From Rhodoferax sp. (lineage in GTDB: Bacteria; Pseudomonadota; Gammaproteobacteria; Burkholderiales; Burkholderiaceae_C), in NCBI GenBank assembly GCA_041910275.1, contig JAYRRD010000147.1, positions 16,493 to 80,492 of the forward strand: a stretch of 64,000 bases of DNA, written 5' to 3'. The notes under the pieces are model-generated. The model was not told where the DNA came from, searched no databases, and saw only the letters and a list, made by a program, of their open reading frames with translations. Shown here in pieces: positions 50,625 through 60,206 of the stretch; the first letter of the stretch is position 1, and each line of letters opens with the position of its first letter. The position numbers and the translations under genes are program-made.

Positions 50625-53348
50625 ATGAACGCGAACGCAACTCCCGCCCAAAAACTCTACGTTGAACTGACGACGCGCATTACATCTCAAAGGCTGCATT
50701 ACAGAGCAGGTAGCGAAGAGTCTGCTGCGGCCAGTGTTTACAGTCTATTCGCCACAACACGCAGGTTGCTTATTGAGCACCAGGACGCATTGGCATTCGA
50801 GCGCGTGGCATTGGCAATGCTGAACAGTGTCACACGACCTTTCACGGCACGTTGGCATGGTTGGATGACTGCGGATGCACGTGGCCCGGATGCTTCCGGC
50901 AAACCTGAGCTGAAGTTTCGCGACGAGAGAGTCAGGCGGATGTTTCGTGCCGAGTTGATCGAATTGCACAGCAAACTGCAGCCCTACTTGAGGATGCTGG
51001 CATCGCTGAAATCAGCAGCAGATGGCAAGGGCACTGTCGAAGATATTCTTGCTCCCGCCGATTTGCTCCAACTCAAGAAGGATGAAACATCCGTTTCGTC
51101 GGCCGATCTTGGCCCGCCTGTTATTGCAGGCATCGGGAACGAAATCGCCATTGCCGGTAGTATCCACGGTGCTCGCATCTTCGAGGAAGAGAGCAAGACC
51201 ATCGCCAAACGCCGCGCGAACTTGAAGATTCCCGAAACCAGGAGCGCAGACGGTACCCCCCAGAATGTATCCGGGCTTGCTCTTTCCGGGGGTGGCATCC
51301 GCTCGGCGACCTTCGGCCTGGGCATCGTACAGGTTTTGCAAAAAAAGGGTTTGTTGTTGCACTTTGACTACCTGTCCACCGTGTCTGGTGGCGGGTACTT
51401 GGGAGGCTTCTTGAGTTGTGCCTTGGGCACCGCCATTCCAGCATACAACAAGGTCGGCGTCGCACGGGCAGAAGACGCCCTGCAGCGGAACGGGGAACAA
51501 ACCGAATCACTCCTCCTTCGCCACTTGAGGAACAACAGTAAATATTTACTCAATGGCGGCCTGCTCGCCAAACTGCAATTTCTCGGCATCATGGTGAGTG
51601 GTTTTTTCTGGAACCTGCTCATGGTGATGCCGATACCGCTTATCGCCGCATGGCTGGTCTTTATGCTGCAAGAAGAACTCTGGGGCAAGCCCCTGGGGCG
51701 CCTGGGAGCTGGCTCCCCATTCCCACCGCTGCTCGAGGGCGGGCACGGTATTGCGCTGGTGTTCCTGGTCGGTGCCTTGGTGCTTTTGTGGATTCTCCTG
51801 CCGCCCATCCAGCGACTCACCCATGGGATGGCACCGGGGAGGTGGGGCCAGAAGTTGCGATCTGGCGTGGAAATTTTGGCGGTGTGGCTGGGGTTTGCCA
51901 CCCTTGCAGTTGGTGGCCTCTACCTGCTCCCAGCCGTAATTCATGGTTATGCCTGGCTTTCTGAGTATCCCCACCACTGGAGTCCAGCGTGGCTAAAAGA
52001 TTCGAAACTTGGGGATATCGCTTCGCTATCCACGGGTGGGGTAATCTCCATTGTGCTCGGTTTTCTCGGCGTCTGGATCACGCCTCGTTTGCCGATCCTG
52101 CGTTCAGTGGCGATTCAGCTGTTTATCCTCAGCGGACCCGTTTTGCTGTTGTTCGTATTTCTGCTCGTCTGCTATCGGCTGGGCATGGGAACCGATCAAG
52201 TGGAGTGGACACCGACCCAGGTTGGCTTGGTAACAGCCGGGTTGACCTTTTGGAGTTGGCTATTCGTCAATATCAATACCCTGGCTCCACATCGGTATTA
52301 CCGAAACAAACTCTGTGAATGCTATCTGATAAGGCGAAAGGCGGGCGAAGGAGCGGGGCGGATTGAATCGCTGCAACAGGTACCGCTCTCCTCACTTAAT
52401 TGTGACGATGCGGCGCCCTATCACCTCATCAATATGACGATCAACACGCCGACGAGTAGCAACGAGAATCTGCGCGGACGCGCTGGTGACTTTTTTATCG
52501 CAAGCAAGTACTTCATCGGATCGCCGCTGACAGGTTACCAGGAAACTGAGTCGATGGAAAAGGTCGATCCGCATTTTGATTTAGGCACCGCGATGGCCGT
52601 TTCCGGTGCTGCGGTCTCCACCAGTATGGGCTGGAAGTCAGTGCCGCAGTTCCGATTTCTCATGTCCTTGTTCAACATTCGTCTGGGCTACTGGCTGCGC
52701 AGACCGGGCACGACCGGATGGCCAAAGTTATTTGAGGGAGCAGGGCTGTGGTATTTTTTCCGAGAGACGTTCGGTCGGATGGATGAGACCTGCCGCTATG
52801 TAAATCTGTCGGATGGAGGGCACATAGAGAACCTGGCAGTCTATGAACTCCTCAGACGCAAATGTAAATTCATCGTCTGCGTGGATGCCGGACAGGAGCC
52901 CGGCATGGAATGTTGCGATCTGATACGACTGGAACGTTACGCCACCATTGATCTCGACATTGCAATGCATTACGACACTGGCGACCTGGCACTGCAAAGC
53001 AACGGGCTGAGTCGAGCACATGCCATCCTGGTAAAAATCGAATACGGGGCATCCACTCCGAACAGGCAACTCGGCTGGATGCTTTACATCAAACTGGCCG
53101 TTACGGGTGTCGAACCAGTTTTTGTTCGTGACTATCGCCGGGAAAACCCGACCTTCCCCCATCAGACAACCGGCGACCAGTTCTTCAACGAAGAACAGTT
53201 TGAAGCGTACCGCGCCCTTGGCGTATGTGCGATGGAAGGCATGTTCCGTCAGGAGATCACGGAAAATTGCGGGCCAGCCACAATAGAATCATGGTTCAAA
53301 TGTCTCGCGAACAACTTGCTGCCGGACAATGACCCGTGCCGAAGTTGA
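50625..53348 (+). CDS. patatin-like phospholipase with about six transmembrane helices inserted between the catalytic Ser and Asp
   Basis: 907 aa. Oxyanion motif LSGGGIRS (51288-51302), nucleophile motif STVSGGG (Ser254 at 51384-51386) and Asp motif NLSDGGHIENL (Asp730 at 52812-52814). Hydrophobic helices lie between about 51570 and 52275. The first ~210 aa form a helical domain of unknown function. Confidence 0.85.
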   Translation: MNANATPAQKLYVELTTRITSQRLHYRAGSEESAAASVYSLFATTRRLLIEHQDALAFERVALAMLNSVTRPFTARWHGWMTADARGPDASGKPELKFRDERVRRMFRAELIELHSKLQPYLRMLASLKSAADGKGTVEDILAPADLLQLKKDETSVSSADLGPPVIAGIGNEIAIAGSIHGARIFEEESKTIAKRRANLKIPETRSADGTPQNVSGLALSGGGIRSATFGLGIVQVLQKKGLLLHFDYLSTVSGGGYLGGFLSCALGTAIPAYNKVGVARAEDALQRNGEQTESLLLRHLRNNSKYLLNGGLLAKLQFLGIMVSGFFWNLLMVMPIPLIAAWLVFMLQEELWGKPLGRLGAGSPFPPLLEGGHGIALVFLVGALVLLWILLPPIQRLTHGMAPGRWGQKLRSGVEILAVWLGFATLAVGGLYLLPAVIHGYAWLSEYPHHWSPAWLKDSKLGDIASLSTGGVISIVLGFLGVWITPRLPILRSVAIQLFILSGPVLLLFVFLLVCYRLGMGTDQVEWTPTQVGLVTAGLTFWSWLFVNINTLAPHRYYRNKLCECYLIRRKAGEGAGRIESLQQVPLSSLNCDDAAPYHLINMTINTPTSSNENLRGRAGDFFIASKYFIGSPLTGYQETESMEKVDPHFDLGTAMAVSGAAVSTSMGWKSVPQFRFLMSLFNIRLGYWLRRPGTTGWPKLFEGAGLWYFFRETFGRMDETCRYVNLSDGGHIENLAVYELLRRKCKFIVCVDAGQEPGMECCDLIRLERYATIDLDIAMHYDTGDLALQSNGLSRAHAILVKIEYGASTPNRQLGWMLYIKLAVTGVEPVFVRDYRRENPTFPHQTTGDQFFNEEQFEAYRALGVCAMEGMFRQEITENCGPATIESWFKCLANNLLPDNDPCRS

Positions 53349-53382
53349 GCGTACATCTTTGGGCGAACATAGTGACTTCACT

Positions 53383-53524
53383 AACTTTCATGGTTTGTCA
53401 TCCACCCCGAATCATGAAACCGTTTGATCAACGCGCCTTCGAGCCCTTCGACTCCGCTCAGGGCACGCAAAACCGAAGGAAACGCGCCCTGAGCGGAGCC
53501 GAAGGGCTTGGTGTTTCACGTTAA
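53383..53524. repeat. intergenic repeat family A, copy 3
   Basis: aactttcatggtttgtcatccaccccgaatcatgaaacc...ccgctcagggcacgcaaaaccgaaggaaacgcgccctgagcgg...gtgtttcacgttaa. Closely similar by eye to the copies at 26561 and 37078. Confidence 0.85.
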
Positions 53525-53546
53525 AGTGGCCCCCGGTTGCACCCGA

Positions 53547-55310
53547 TCAAAAGGTTTCCCAGTCATCACTGGCTCCTGCGCTGGCCGAGGCGGAGGGCTT
53601 TGGCAAGCTCTGTGGTGCAGGGGCTTTGGCAGCCGTACGCGAAGCACCGGAAGACCCGAGCTTAGGCGACGCGGCTTTGCCTATTTTCTTGCCCGACGAT
53701 GGCATGGAGGTGGGCCGGTTCAACGGCGCGGACTTTATCGTGCGACTGGAATTCCCCCCCTGGCCATGGGGTAGCTTGAAGATGGCAACGGTACCGACCA
53801 ACTCCTGTGCCTGCGTATTGAGGCTGGATGCCGCCGCCGCCATCTGCTCCACCAGCGCCGCATTTTGTTGGGTGCTTTGGTCCATCTGGGTCACTGCTTC
53901 ACCAACCTGGGCCACTCCGGCGCTTTGCTCGGAACTGGCCGAACTGATCTCCCCCATCAGGTCGGTCACACGGCGAATACTGGTCACCACCTCGGTCATG
54001 GTGGTTCCGGCTTGGTCCACCAGGGTAGTGCCATGCTCCACCCGCTCGACACTGGCATTGATGAGCGACTTGATTTCCTTGGCTGCCTCGGCGGAGCGGC
54101 CAGCCAAAGAGCGCACCTCGGAAGCCACCACCGCGAAACCGCGGCCTTGCTCCCCCGCGCGGGCTGCTTCCACCGCCGCATTGAGCGCCAGAATGTTGGT
54201 CTGAAAGGCAATGCCGTCAATCACGCTGATGATGTCTGAAATCTTGCGCGAGGCATCGTTAATGCCCTTCATGGTCTCCACGACCTGACCAACCACCTCC
54301 CCTCCCTTGACCGCCACCGTGCTGGCGCTCATGGCCAACTGGTTGGCCTGGCGTGCGTTGTCCGCATTCTGGTTCACCGTGGAACTGAGTTGCTCCATGG
54401 AGGCGGCCGTCTGCTCCAACGCACTGGCTTGCTGCTCGGTGCGGGCGCTCAAATCATTGTTGCCCTGCGCAATTTCGGCGCTGGCAGTGGCCACGGCTTC
54501 CGAGCCTATGCGCACCGAGCCCACCGTACGTATCAAGCCTTGCTGCATGGACTGTACCGCACGCATGAGCTGGCCGATTTCGTCCGTGGAATTGACCGCA
54601 ATATTTTCGGTCAGATCACCCTGCGCTACGTGGTTGAGTACCTCCACCGCATGTTCCAGGGGATGCGTAATGGAGTTCGCCAGCCGGATACCACCGATCA
54701 GCATCACCACCAAAAGAGCAAGCAGCGTGGCAAACATCACCGTACGTGCGGTGGAAAAAGCCTGCTCGGCGCGTTTGCTTGCGGCATCCCCACCTTCATG
54801 GTTGAGATCACCCAATTTATCGAGTGTGGCGCTAAAGGCTTCGTATTTGACCTTGGAGTCGCCCTCCAAGAGTTGCTTGGCTTCCGCGTTTTCATTATTG
54901 CGCGACATGCTGATGACCTGGTCATGCAATTGCAGGTACTGCTTCCAATCGACGACGAAGGAGTCGTAGATTCTTTGCTCTTCAGGACTGGAAATCAGCT
55001 TGACGTAGGCCTGGCGGTTTTTCTCAAACCCTTCCATCACCTTGGCCATTGCCTTTTCAATACCCTCCATGGCTTTTTCATCGGTATTGAGCACATGCTT
55101 GAATTCCTGAATACGGAGATCCGAGGTGGCCGTATTCATCTTGTTGATCAGCTCCACACTGGGTAGCCAGTTGTCGCTCAGGTCTTTTGTCTCGGTTCGC
55201 ATGGCGCCCATCTGAGTCAGGGCGACGATCACCACCCCTACCAGCATGGTTGCGATCAGGCCAAACACGGCGATCAGCCGGGTTGATATCTTTACATTAT
55301 TCAAATTCAT
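53547..55310 (-). CDS. methyl-accepting chemotaxis protein (4HB_MCP-like sensor)
   Basis: 587 aa. N-terminal [31 protein letters not shown] (TM) plus a four-helix-bundle-like sensor, HAMP, the conserved signalling hairpin [37 protein letters not shown], and a C-terminal ...DDWETF pentapeptide-like tail. Confidence 0.95.
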   Translation of the reverse strand: MNLNNVKISTRLIAVFGLIATMLVGVVIVALTQMGAMRTETKDLSDNWLPSVELINKMNTATSDLRIQEFKHVLNTDEKAMEGIEKAMAKVMEGFEKNRQAYVKLISSPEEQRIYDSFVVDWKQYLQLHDQVISMSRNNENAEAKQLLEGDSKVKYEAFSATLDKLGDLNHEGGDAASKRAEQAFSTARTVMFATLLALLVVMLIGGIRLANSITHPLEHAVEVLNHVAQGDLTENIAVNSTDEIGQLMRAVQSMQQGLIRTVGSVRIGSEAVATASAEIAQGNNDLSARTEQQASALEQTAASMEQLSSTVNQNADNARQANQLAMSASTVAVKGGEVVGQVVETMKGINDASRKISDIISVIDGIAFQTNILALNAAVEAARAGEQGRGFAVVASEVRSLAGRSAEAAKEIKSLINASVERVEHGTTLVDQAGTTMTEVVTSIRRVTDLMGEISSASSEQSAGVAQVGEAVTQMDQSTQQNAALVEQMAAAASSLNTQAQELVGTVAIFKLPHGQGGNSSRTIKSAPLNRPTSMPSSGKKIGKAASPKLGSSGASRTAAKAPAPQSLPKPSASASAGASDDWETF

Positions 55311-55442
55311 AGCTACTCCTCAATAATTGGATTTTTAACAAAATGTGAAGTTGACGCCAATCCTGACAATCTGACTTTCCTGACTTTTGGCACCCGTGCG
55401 CAAGTCACTGTAACAGTTCTACGGCGGGCTTGCGCCACGCAT

Positions 55443-57224
55443 TTATGGCCTTGAAACAACAAGGTTGGCGCTGCCACCCACCGCCGCCGTACCCGCTGCC
55501 GGAACGCTTGCACCCAGTGCCGCAGCAAACTGCGCGTAGCCCAGACTGGTGGCCATCTCACCTGCCGGTGCATTGGCACCCAACTGGTAGCCAAAGCCGG
55601 ATGCCCCCAGGATTTGCACCTTGGCACCATTGGACAGCGTCAGTTGCACGGCATTGCTGAAAAAGCTGCTGGATGCAATCGTCAAACCAGCTACCAACTG
55701 GATCACGTTGGCACCTTCACTGTCGATGATCTTGGCCGTCGCCGCGCCGCTCAAGGTGTAGGGACTGATGATGTAGGTGTCGTTGCCGCCGCCACCCAGG
55801 TAATTATTGCCGCCGGAGAGAACAAATACATCATCGCCCAGGGTACCCGGTACGGTGTAGGAACTGCCGGCAACGCCCGGAACCGGCACTGATGCCTGGG
55901 TAAAACCCGTGGGCACGACATAGCCTGCTGTGCCCGATGCCGGCAGTGCTCCTGACAGGGATGCGCCCAGGCTGGTGGCAAACTGGCTATAGGTCAGAAC
56001 AGCCGCCGTGTCCCCCGCCGGTGCATTGGCACCCAGCTGGAACTTGAATTTCGCTGCCCCCAGCAATTGCACCCTGGCTCCTGTGGAAAGCGTGAGCTGC
56101 GCAGCATCACTGTAAAAAGTGCTGGCCGTCACGGTCATGCCATCAACCAACTGGATGAGGTTATCCCCTTCGCTATCAACGATTTTGGCGGTAACGTCGC
56201 CGCGCAGGGTATGGGGGCTGAGGATAAAGGTGTCATTGCCACCACCGCCGTAATAACTATTCCCGGCGGTGAGGACAAAAACATCGTTGCCCAAGGTGCC
56301 GGGTACGGTGTAAGACGTCGGGTTGGCGGCAACGCTCACCGTGGCACTGGCCGCCTGGCTGGTTCCGGCTGCGTTGACACCTGTCACGCTATAGGTGGTC
56401 GTGCCAGTTGGTGTGACCGTGCAGGTGGCCGCAGAGCTTCCGGCACAGCTGCCTCCCGTCCAGATGTAACTGGTCGCAGCCGGGTTGCAGCTGGCGGTGA
56501 GGGTCGAACTGCCGCCCGCAGTGAGCGATACCGGATTGGCGCTCAGGGTACAGACAGGTACCGTGGCGGTCGAAGCGGCGGCTTGTGCCACGGTGAATGT
56601 CGTACCCGCAATAGTGAGCGTGCCCGTGCGTGCCGTCGTGCCCGTATTGGCGGTGACCAAGTAGGAAACGGTCCCGTCGCCACTACCCGAAGCGCCCGAG
56701 CTGATGCTGATCCAGCTTGCGTTGCTCGTAGCCGTCCATGCACAAGAAGATGCCACCGCCACACTCCCGGTGAACGCCGTGGCATCAACGGAAGCACTGG
56801 CAGGGCTCAGGACGGGGGTGCATGCACCCACGGTTACAAGCACCCGAACCTCGGTACCGGCTCCACCCCAACTGCTTGCTGTTACGGTGTACGTGCTTGT
56901 CGACACAGGCGTCACGGTGCAGGTATTGCTGGTTTTGCTGGTTTTGTCGCACGTGCTGTCCGACCAGGCATAGGAAGTGGCGATTGGGGTGCACGTGGCC
57001 GTCAGGGTTGAACCCTGGCCAGCGGTGATGGTGTCCGGGTTGGCGTTCAGATTGCAGCTGGGTATTCCTGACTCTGGCACGCCAGGCGGTGTCGGGAACA
57101 CATCTGCGCCCGCATCACGGGTGGTTGCATCGTAGGCGCGGTCAACCGCAGCAGCGACAGAAGCAAAGAGCAGGGTCGCCACTACAAGCACTACAAATGG
57201 TAATCTGGTGCGATGTGTTGTCAT
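55443..57224 (-). CDS. secreted multi-domain protein: Cys-containing Ig-like repeats, a BACON-like domain and two C-terminal RTX-like Ca-binding modules
   Basis: Signal peptide MTTHRTRLPFVVLVVATLLFASVAAA. Repeats of type C.L.ANP..v.aG.S.TLTA.C.P.ATSY.W...C....TCTVTP. BACON-like CAWTATSNASWISISSGASGSGDGTVSYLVTANTGTTARTGTLTIAG. Two ~160-aa modules each carry GGGGNDT(F/Y), a GGxGxD motif. Confidence 0.7.
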   Translation of the reverse strand: MTTHRTRLPFVVLVVATLLFASVAAAVDRAYDATTRDAGADVFPTPPGVPESGIPSCNLNANPDTITAGQGSTLTATCTPIATSYAWSDSTCDKTSKTSNTCTVTPVSTSTYTVTASSWGGAGTEVRVLVTVGACTPVLSPASASVDATAFTGSVAVASSCAWTATSNASWISISSGASGSGDGTVSYLVTANTGTTARTGTLTIAGTTFTVAQAAASTATVPVCTLSANPVSLTAGGSSTLTASCNPAATSYIWTGGSCAGSSAATCTVTPTGTTTYSVTGVNAAGTSQAASATVSVAANPTSYTVPGTLGNDVFVLTAGNSYYGGGGNDTFILSPHTLRGDVTAKIVDSEGDNLIQLVDGMTVTASTFYSDAAQLTLSTGARVQLLGAAKFKFQLGANAPAGDTAAVLTYSQFATSLGASLSGALPASGTAGYVVPTGFTQASVPVPGVAGSSYTVPGTLGDDVFVLSGGNNYLGGGGNDTYIISPYTLSGAATAKIIDSEGANVIQLVAGLTIASSSFFSNAVQLTLSNGAKVQILGASGFGYQLGANAPAGEMATSLGYAQFAAALGASVPAAGTAAVGGSANLVVSRP

Positions 57225-57243
57225 GGGGTATATCCTATGCTAG

Positions 57244-57405
57244 TTTCATATCACCCGTGATATGAAAAACACCAAAGCCGCACTACAGGTGCCCCCCGTA
57301 AGCCTCCGTGGCACGTTTTTAGCCTCAATCTGGCCTCAAATCAGGCATCAAATCAGCCTCTATCCACCGTGGGACAAGCGGGGAAAGCTACTGAAAACGT
57401 AGTAA
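57244..57405 (+). repeat. intergenic repeat family B, copy 3
   Basis: Perfect palindrome head at 57244-57267 (tttcatatcacccgtgatatgaaa). The tail aligns with 14458-14619. Confidence 0.85.
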
Positions 57406-57419
57406 AGAAAACCAATGCA

Positions 57420-60206
57420 TCACGGCAGCTCAAAGCGACCGGAAGGGCCGCCAAGTGCACGCATCTGCGCCTCGCCCAGTGCCTGGTCCGCAAACAGCAA
57501 ACCCGCGACATAGGCCGGCTGCGTCTCCCACGAGTTGTCGGCAAAAAGCAGGAAACTGTCGCCCAAAGCCCAGCGCTGCCCGGCATCATTTTTCATGCCT
57601 GCCAGTTCTCCATTGATGTAGAAGCGCAGGGCACCGCCGCTGGCGGCGGTGGTCGCGACCAACCCGAGGCGCACCCACTGATTGGCCGGAATCGACCCAA
57701 AGTACTGTTCAATGCCCGTGCCCCCGACCGGGTCTGCGTTCACGAACCAGTCACCATCGTCCGCGTTGTCGGCGGATGTCTGCAACAGCGAGCGCCACTT
57801 TGCATCGCTGACGGCAGGCCACAGCACATCCATCACCAACGTGTAATTCGCCAGTAAGCCGTCCGCCGCAAATGCACCATTGCCGCCCGCCGGACGTGTC
57901 ATCAGATACCCCTCGGCGGGCGCAGTCGTTGGAATCGCCATGACCCGCTTGACGCTGCCAGCCAGAGCCGGCAGTCCCAGGGCATCCGTACCGACAAAGA
58001 CGGTCTCCTTTGGCCCCCAACCCGTCGCTGCCGTGTCCCGGTACCCCAGCGTCAGCGTACCCGTGTCGGCACGCAAGGGGTCGGCGGCATCGGCGAATGT
58101 CCAGCGGGTCAGTTGCGCCGTCGCCACAACATTGTCGCTGTCCAGATAGAGACCGGCGGCTGTGCGTGCGCGGGCGTAGCTGTCCAGCGCCTCCCAGGTT
58201 TCCATGCCAAAGCGCACGCTGCCAAGAACGCTGTCGGACGGAAAAAACAGCGCCGGGTTCAGTGCCGAGCCCTTATGCAGCAGCACCTTGTAGTTCGTCG
58301 TCGGCAGGGGGCTCTCAGGCCCGAGATAGACCCAGTCGGGTTGCGCGGCACGCATACGCACCCATTGCGCACCGCTGATTTCCACAACGTAAAGACTAGT
58401 GGCACCGGGGGTGTCGGGCTTTTGCCGCTCCACCAGGTAGGTCGTGTAAAAGCCCTGCGCGGTCACTTCACCAATTAGCCAAGTCTTGTGAAAAGGGTTG
58501 GCCATCGCCGGATCAAGCAGCGCGCCATCCACCTGCAAGGCGGCAACTCCGGCGCGCGCGGCGATTGCCGCGATTTCTGCCCCCTTCCGACCTTTTTCCA
58601 GACGCGCGACAGGCCTATTGGCTTCGGGCGCGTACTTTGCCACCAGTCCCTGCATGAACGATGTCGTTGCCGAATCGCGTACTGTGAGCGTATCCACCGG
58701 TACTTCGGTGCGCCGCATCCCGACAATGGTCTTCGTCGCCAGGTCCACGTCAACGTCGATCCGTGTAACCCCGTCGCCAAAGAAATCGGGCTGCACCACC
58801 AGCGTCTTGTTCACCGTCTGAACGCTGGCTCCCCGGTGGGAGTGTCCGCCCAGGACCAGGTCGATGCCGGTCACCGCCTGCACCACCGGAATGTCCTCAA
58901 CCACGCCCAGATGACTGAGCATCACCATCAGGTCAACCTCGTTGCGGTGCTGCGCGAGGATATTGCTGGCAACCCGCACATCGTCAAAATCGGTCGTGAA
59001 ATTGGGCAGGTAGTTGCCCGTGTAGGTTTGGTCCAGTTCGTTCCAGGGCGATGAAACCATACCGAAGAAGCCCACCTTGAGACAGCCCACCTGCTTCACA
59101 CCATACGCGGATGCACCGAAGCCACGCGGGTCACTGCCCGTATAGCGTGTCCCGCTCAACAACACAAGGCTGAAGGGATCGTTGGAGAAATCCAGCAGAT
59201 GGCCCTCGCCCCACGCAAAATCATGATTCCCCAGGGTGCGCACATCGAACTTCATTGCCTGCGTGGCTTCCAGCGTCGCCCGTCCGAACGAGAGCGCCTC
59301 GGCCAGCGATCCCTTTTCGTGGTCGTCTCCCGCGTTGGTGAAAACGGTGTTGGGGTTCTCTGCCAGCACCTGCTGGTAGTAAGCGCGAATGCGCGCGTAC
59401 TTGTCCTGGAGGGGATCGAAGTTGGCATGCATATCCGCCACATGCACAAAGCTGATGGTCTGCCGCGTCGCACCCGCCGGACAGTTGCCGATCACGGCGT
59501 GCGGCGCTGGCGCCGCAGGCCGCCAGTTGGCCGGAAGATGGACCCAAAAGCCCCTCGGTGGACCCAGGGCCACGTTTTCCGCACGAAAATCAAGGTAGTT
59601 CCGGGAACGAACGTAGTCACTCAAGACCTGGCCACCAGCCGCTGCCAGGCTGGGCGCGTAGAAATACCAGGCACTGCGGGCCGCGTCCCAGGCCCAGAGG
59701 GATGTGAGTTGCGAACCCAGCGCCAGATTGAACGCTTCCGGTGCCAGTGACTCGCCGAGGGACACCAGATTCCAGCCCGGCAACAAGCGGTCGCTGATCT
59801 GCGCCGCACCCACACGCACCCCGCCCGGCTGCGTCGCGGAGAAGGCGGTCCGGGCGTTGAGCCAGAAACCTTCGCCGCCACCGATGGACGTGAGCGGCGC
59901 ATAGCCCTTCGCGGCTACGTGGCTGCTCAATTCCTGGGTGGACAAGGCCGGCGTGTAAAACGCCCAACGCCCCTCCTGCGGCAGCCACTTCCACACCGAG
60001 GATACCCGCGTCGCGTCACCAAAGTTGCTGGCGACATCCATGGGCGTCTTGCTGGCGTTGCCCAGAAGATTCCAGCCAGCAACAACCGGCAACGGCCCCT
60101 GCGGCACGCTATCGGTGGCAAATGCGGGCGTAAGTGCCAGGCCAGCGGCCAATGCCACGAACCAGACACCGAGCTTCCACCACTTGAACAGTTTCTGCGC
60201 ATTCAC
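57420..60206 (-). CDS. secreted metallophosphoesterase/5'-nucleotidase-like protein with a C-terminal LamG/concanavalin-like domain
   Basis: 928 aa with a signal peptide. Calcineurin-like phosphoesterase motifs FVHVADMHAN, GDDHEKG, LGNHDF, MLSHLG and GGHSH. C-terminal ...LRFYINGELAGMKND... is LamG-like. The GTG start overlaps the upstream stop (GTGA). Confidence 0.75.
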   Translation of the reverse strand: MNAQKLFKWWKLGVWFVALAAGLALTPAFATDSVPQGPLPVVAGWNLLGNASKTPMDVASNFGDATRVSSVWKWLPQEGRWAFYTPALSTQELSSHVAAKGYAPLTSIGGGEGFWLNARTAFSATQPGGVRVGAAQISDRLLPGWNLVSLGESLAPEAFNLALGSQLTSLWAWDAARSAWYFYAPSLAAAGGQVLSDYVRSRNYLDFRAENVALGPPRGFWVHLPANWRPAAPAPHAVIGNCPAGATRQTISFVHVADMHANFDPLQDKYARIRAYYQQVLAENPNTVFTNAGDDHEKGSLAEALSFGRATLEATQAMKFDVRTLGNHDFAWGEGHLLDFSNDPFSLVLLSGTRYTGSDPRGFGASAYGVKQVGCLKVGFFGMVSSPWNELDQTYTGNYLPNFTTDFDDVRVASNILAQHRNEVDLMVMLSHLGVVEDIPVVQAVTGIDLVLGGHSHRGASVQTVNKTLVVQPDFFGDGVTRIDVDVDLATKTIVGMRRTEVPVDTLTVRDSATTSFMQGLVAKYAPEANRPVARLEKGRKGAEIAAIAARAGVAALQVDGALLDPAMANPFHKTWLIGEVTAQGFYTTYLVERQKPDTPGATSLYVVEISGAQWVRMRAAQPDWVYLGPESPLPTTNYKVLLHKGSALNPALFFPSDSVLGSVRFGMETWEALDSYARARTAAGLYLDSDNVVATAQLTRWTFADAADPLRADTGTLTLGYRDTAATGWGPKETVFVGTDALGLPALAGSVKRVMAIPTTAPAEGYLMTRPAGGNGAFAADGLLANYTLVMDVLWPAVSDAKWRSLLQTSADNADDGDWFVNADPVGGTGIEQYFGSIPANQWVRLGLVATTAASGGALRFYINGELAGMKNDAGQRWALGDSFLLFADNSWETQPAYVAGLLFADQALGEAQMRALGGPSGRFELP

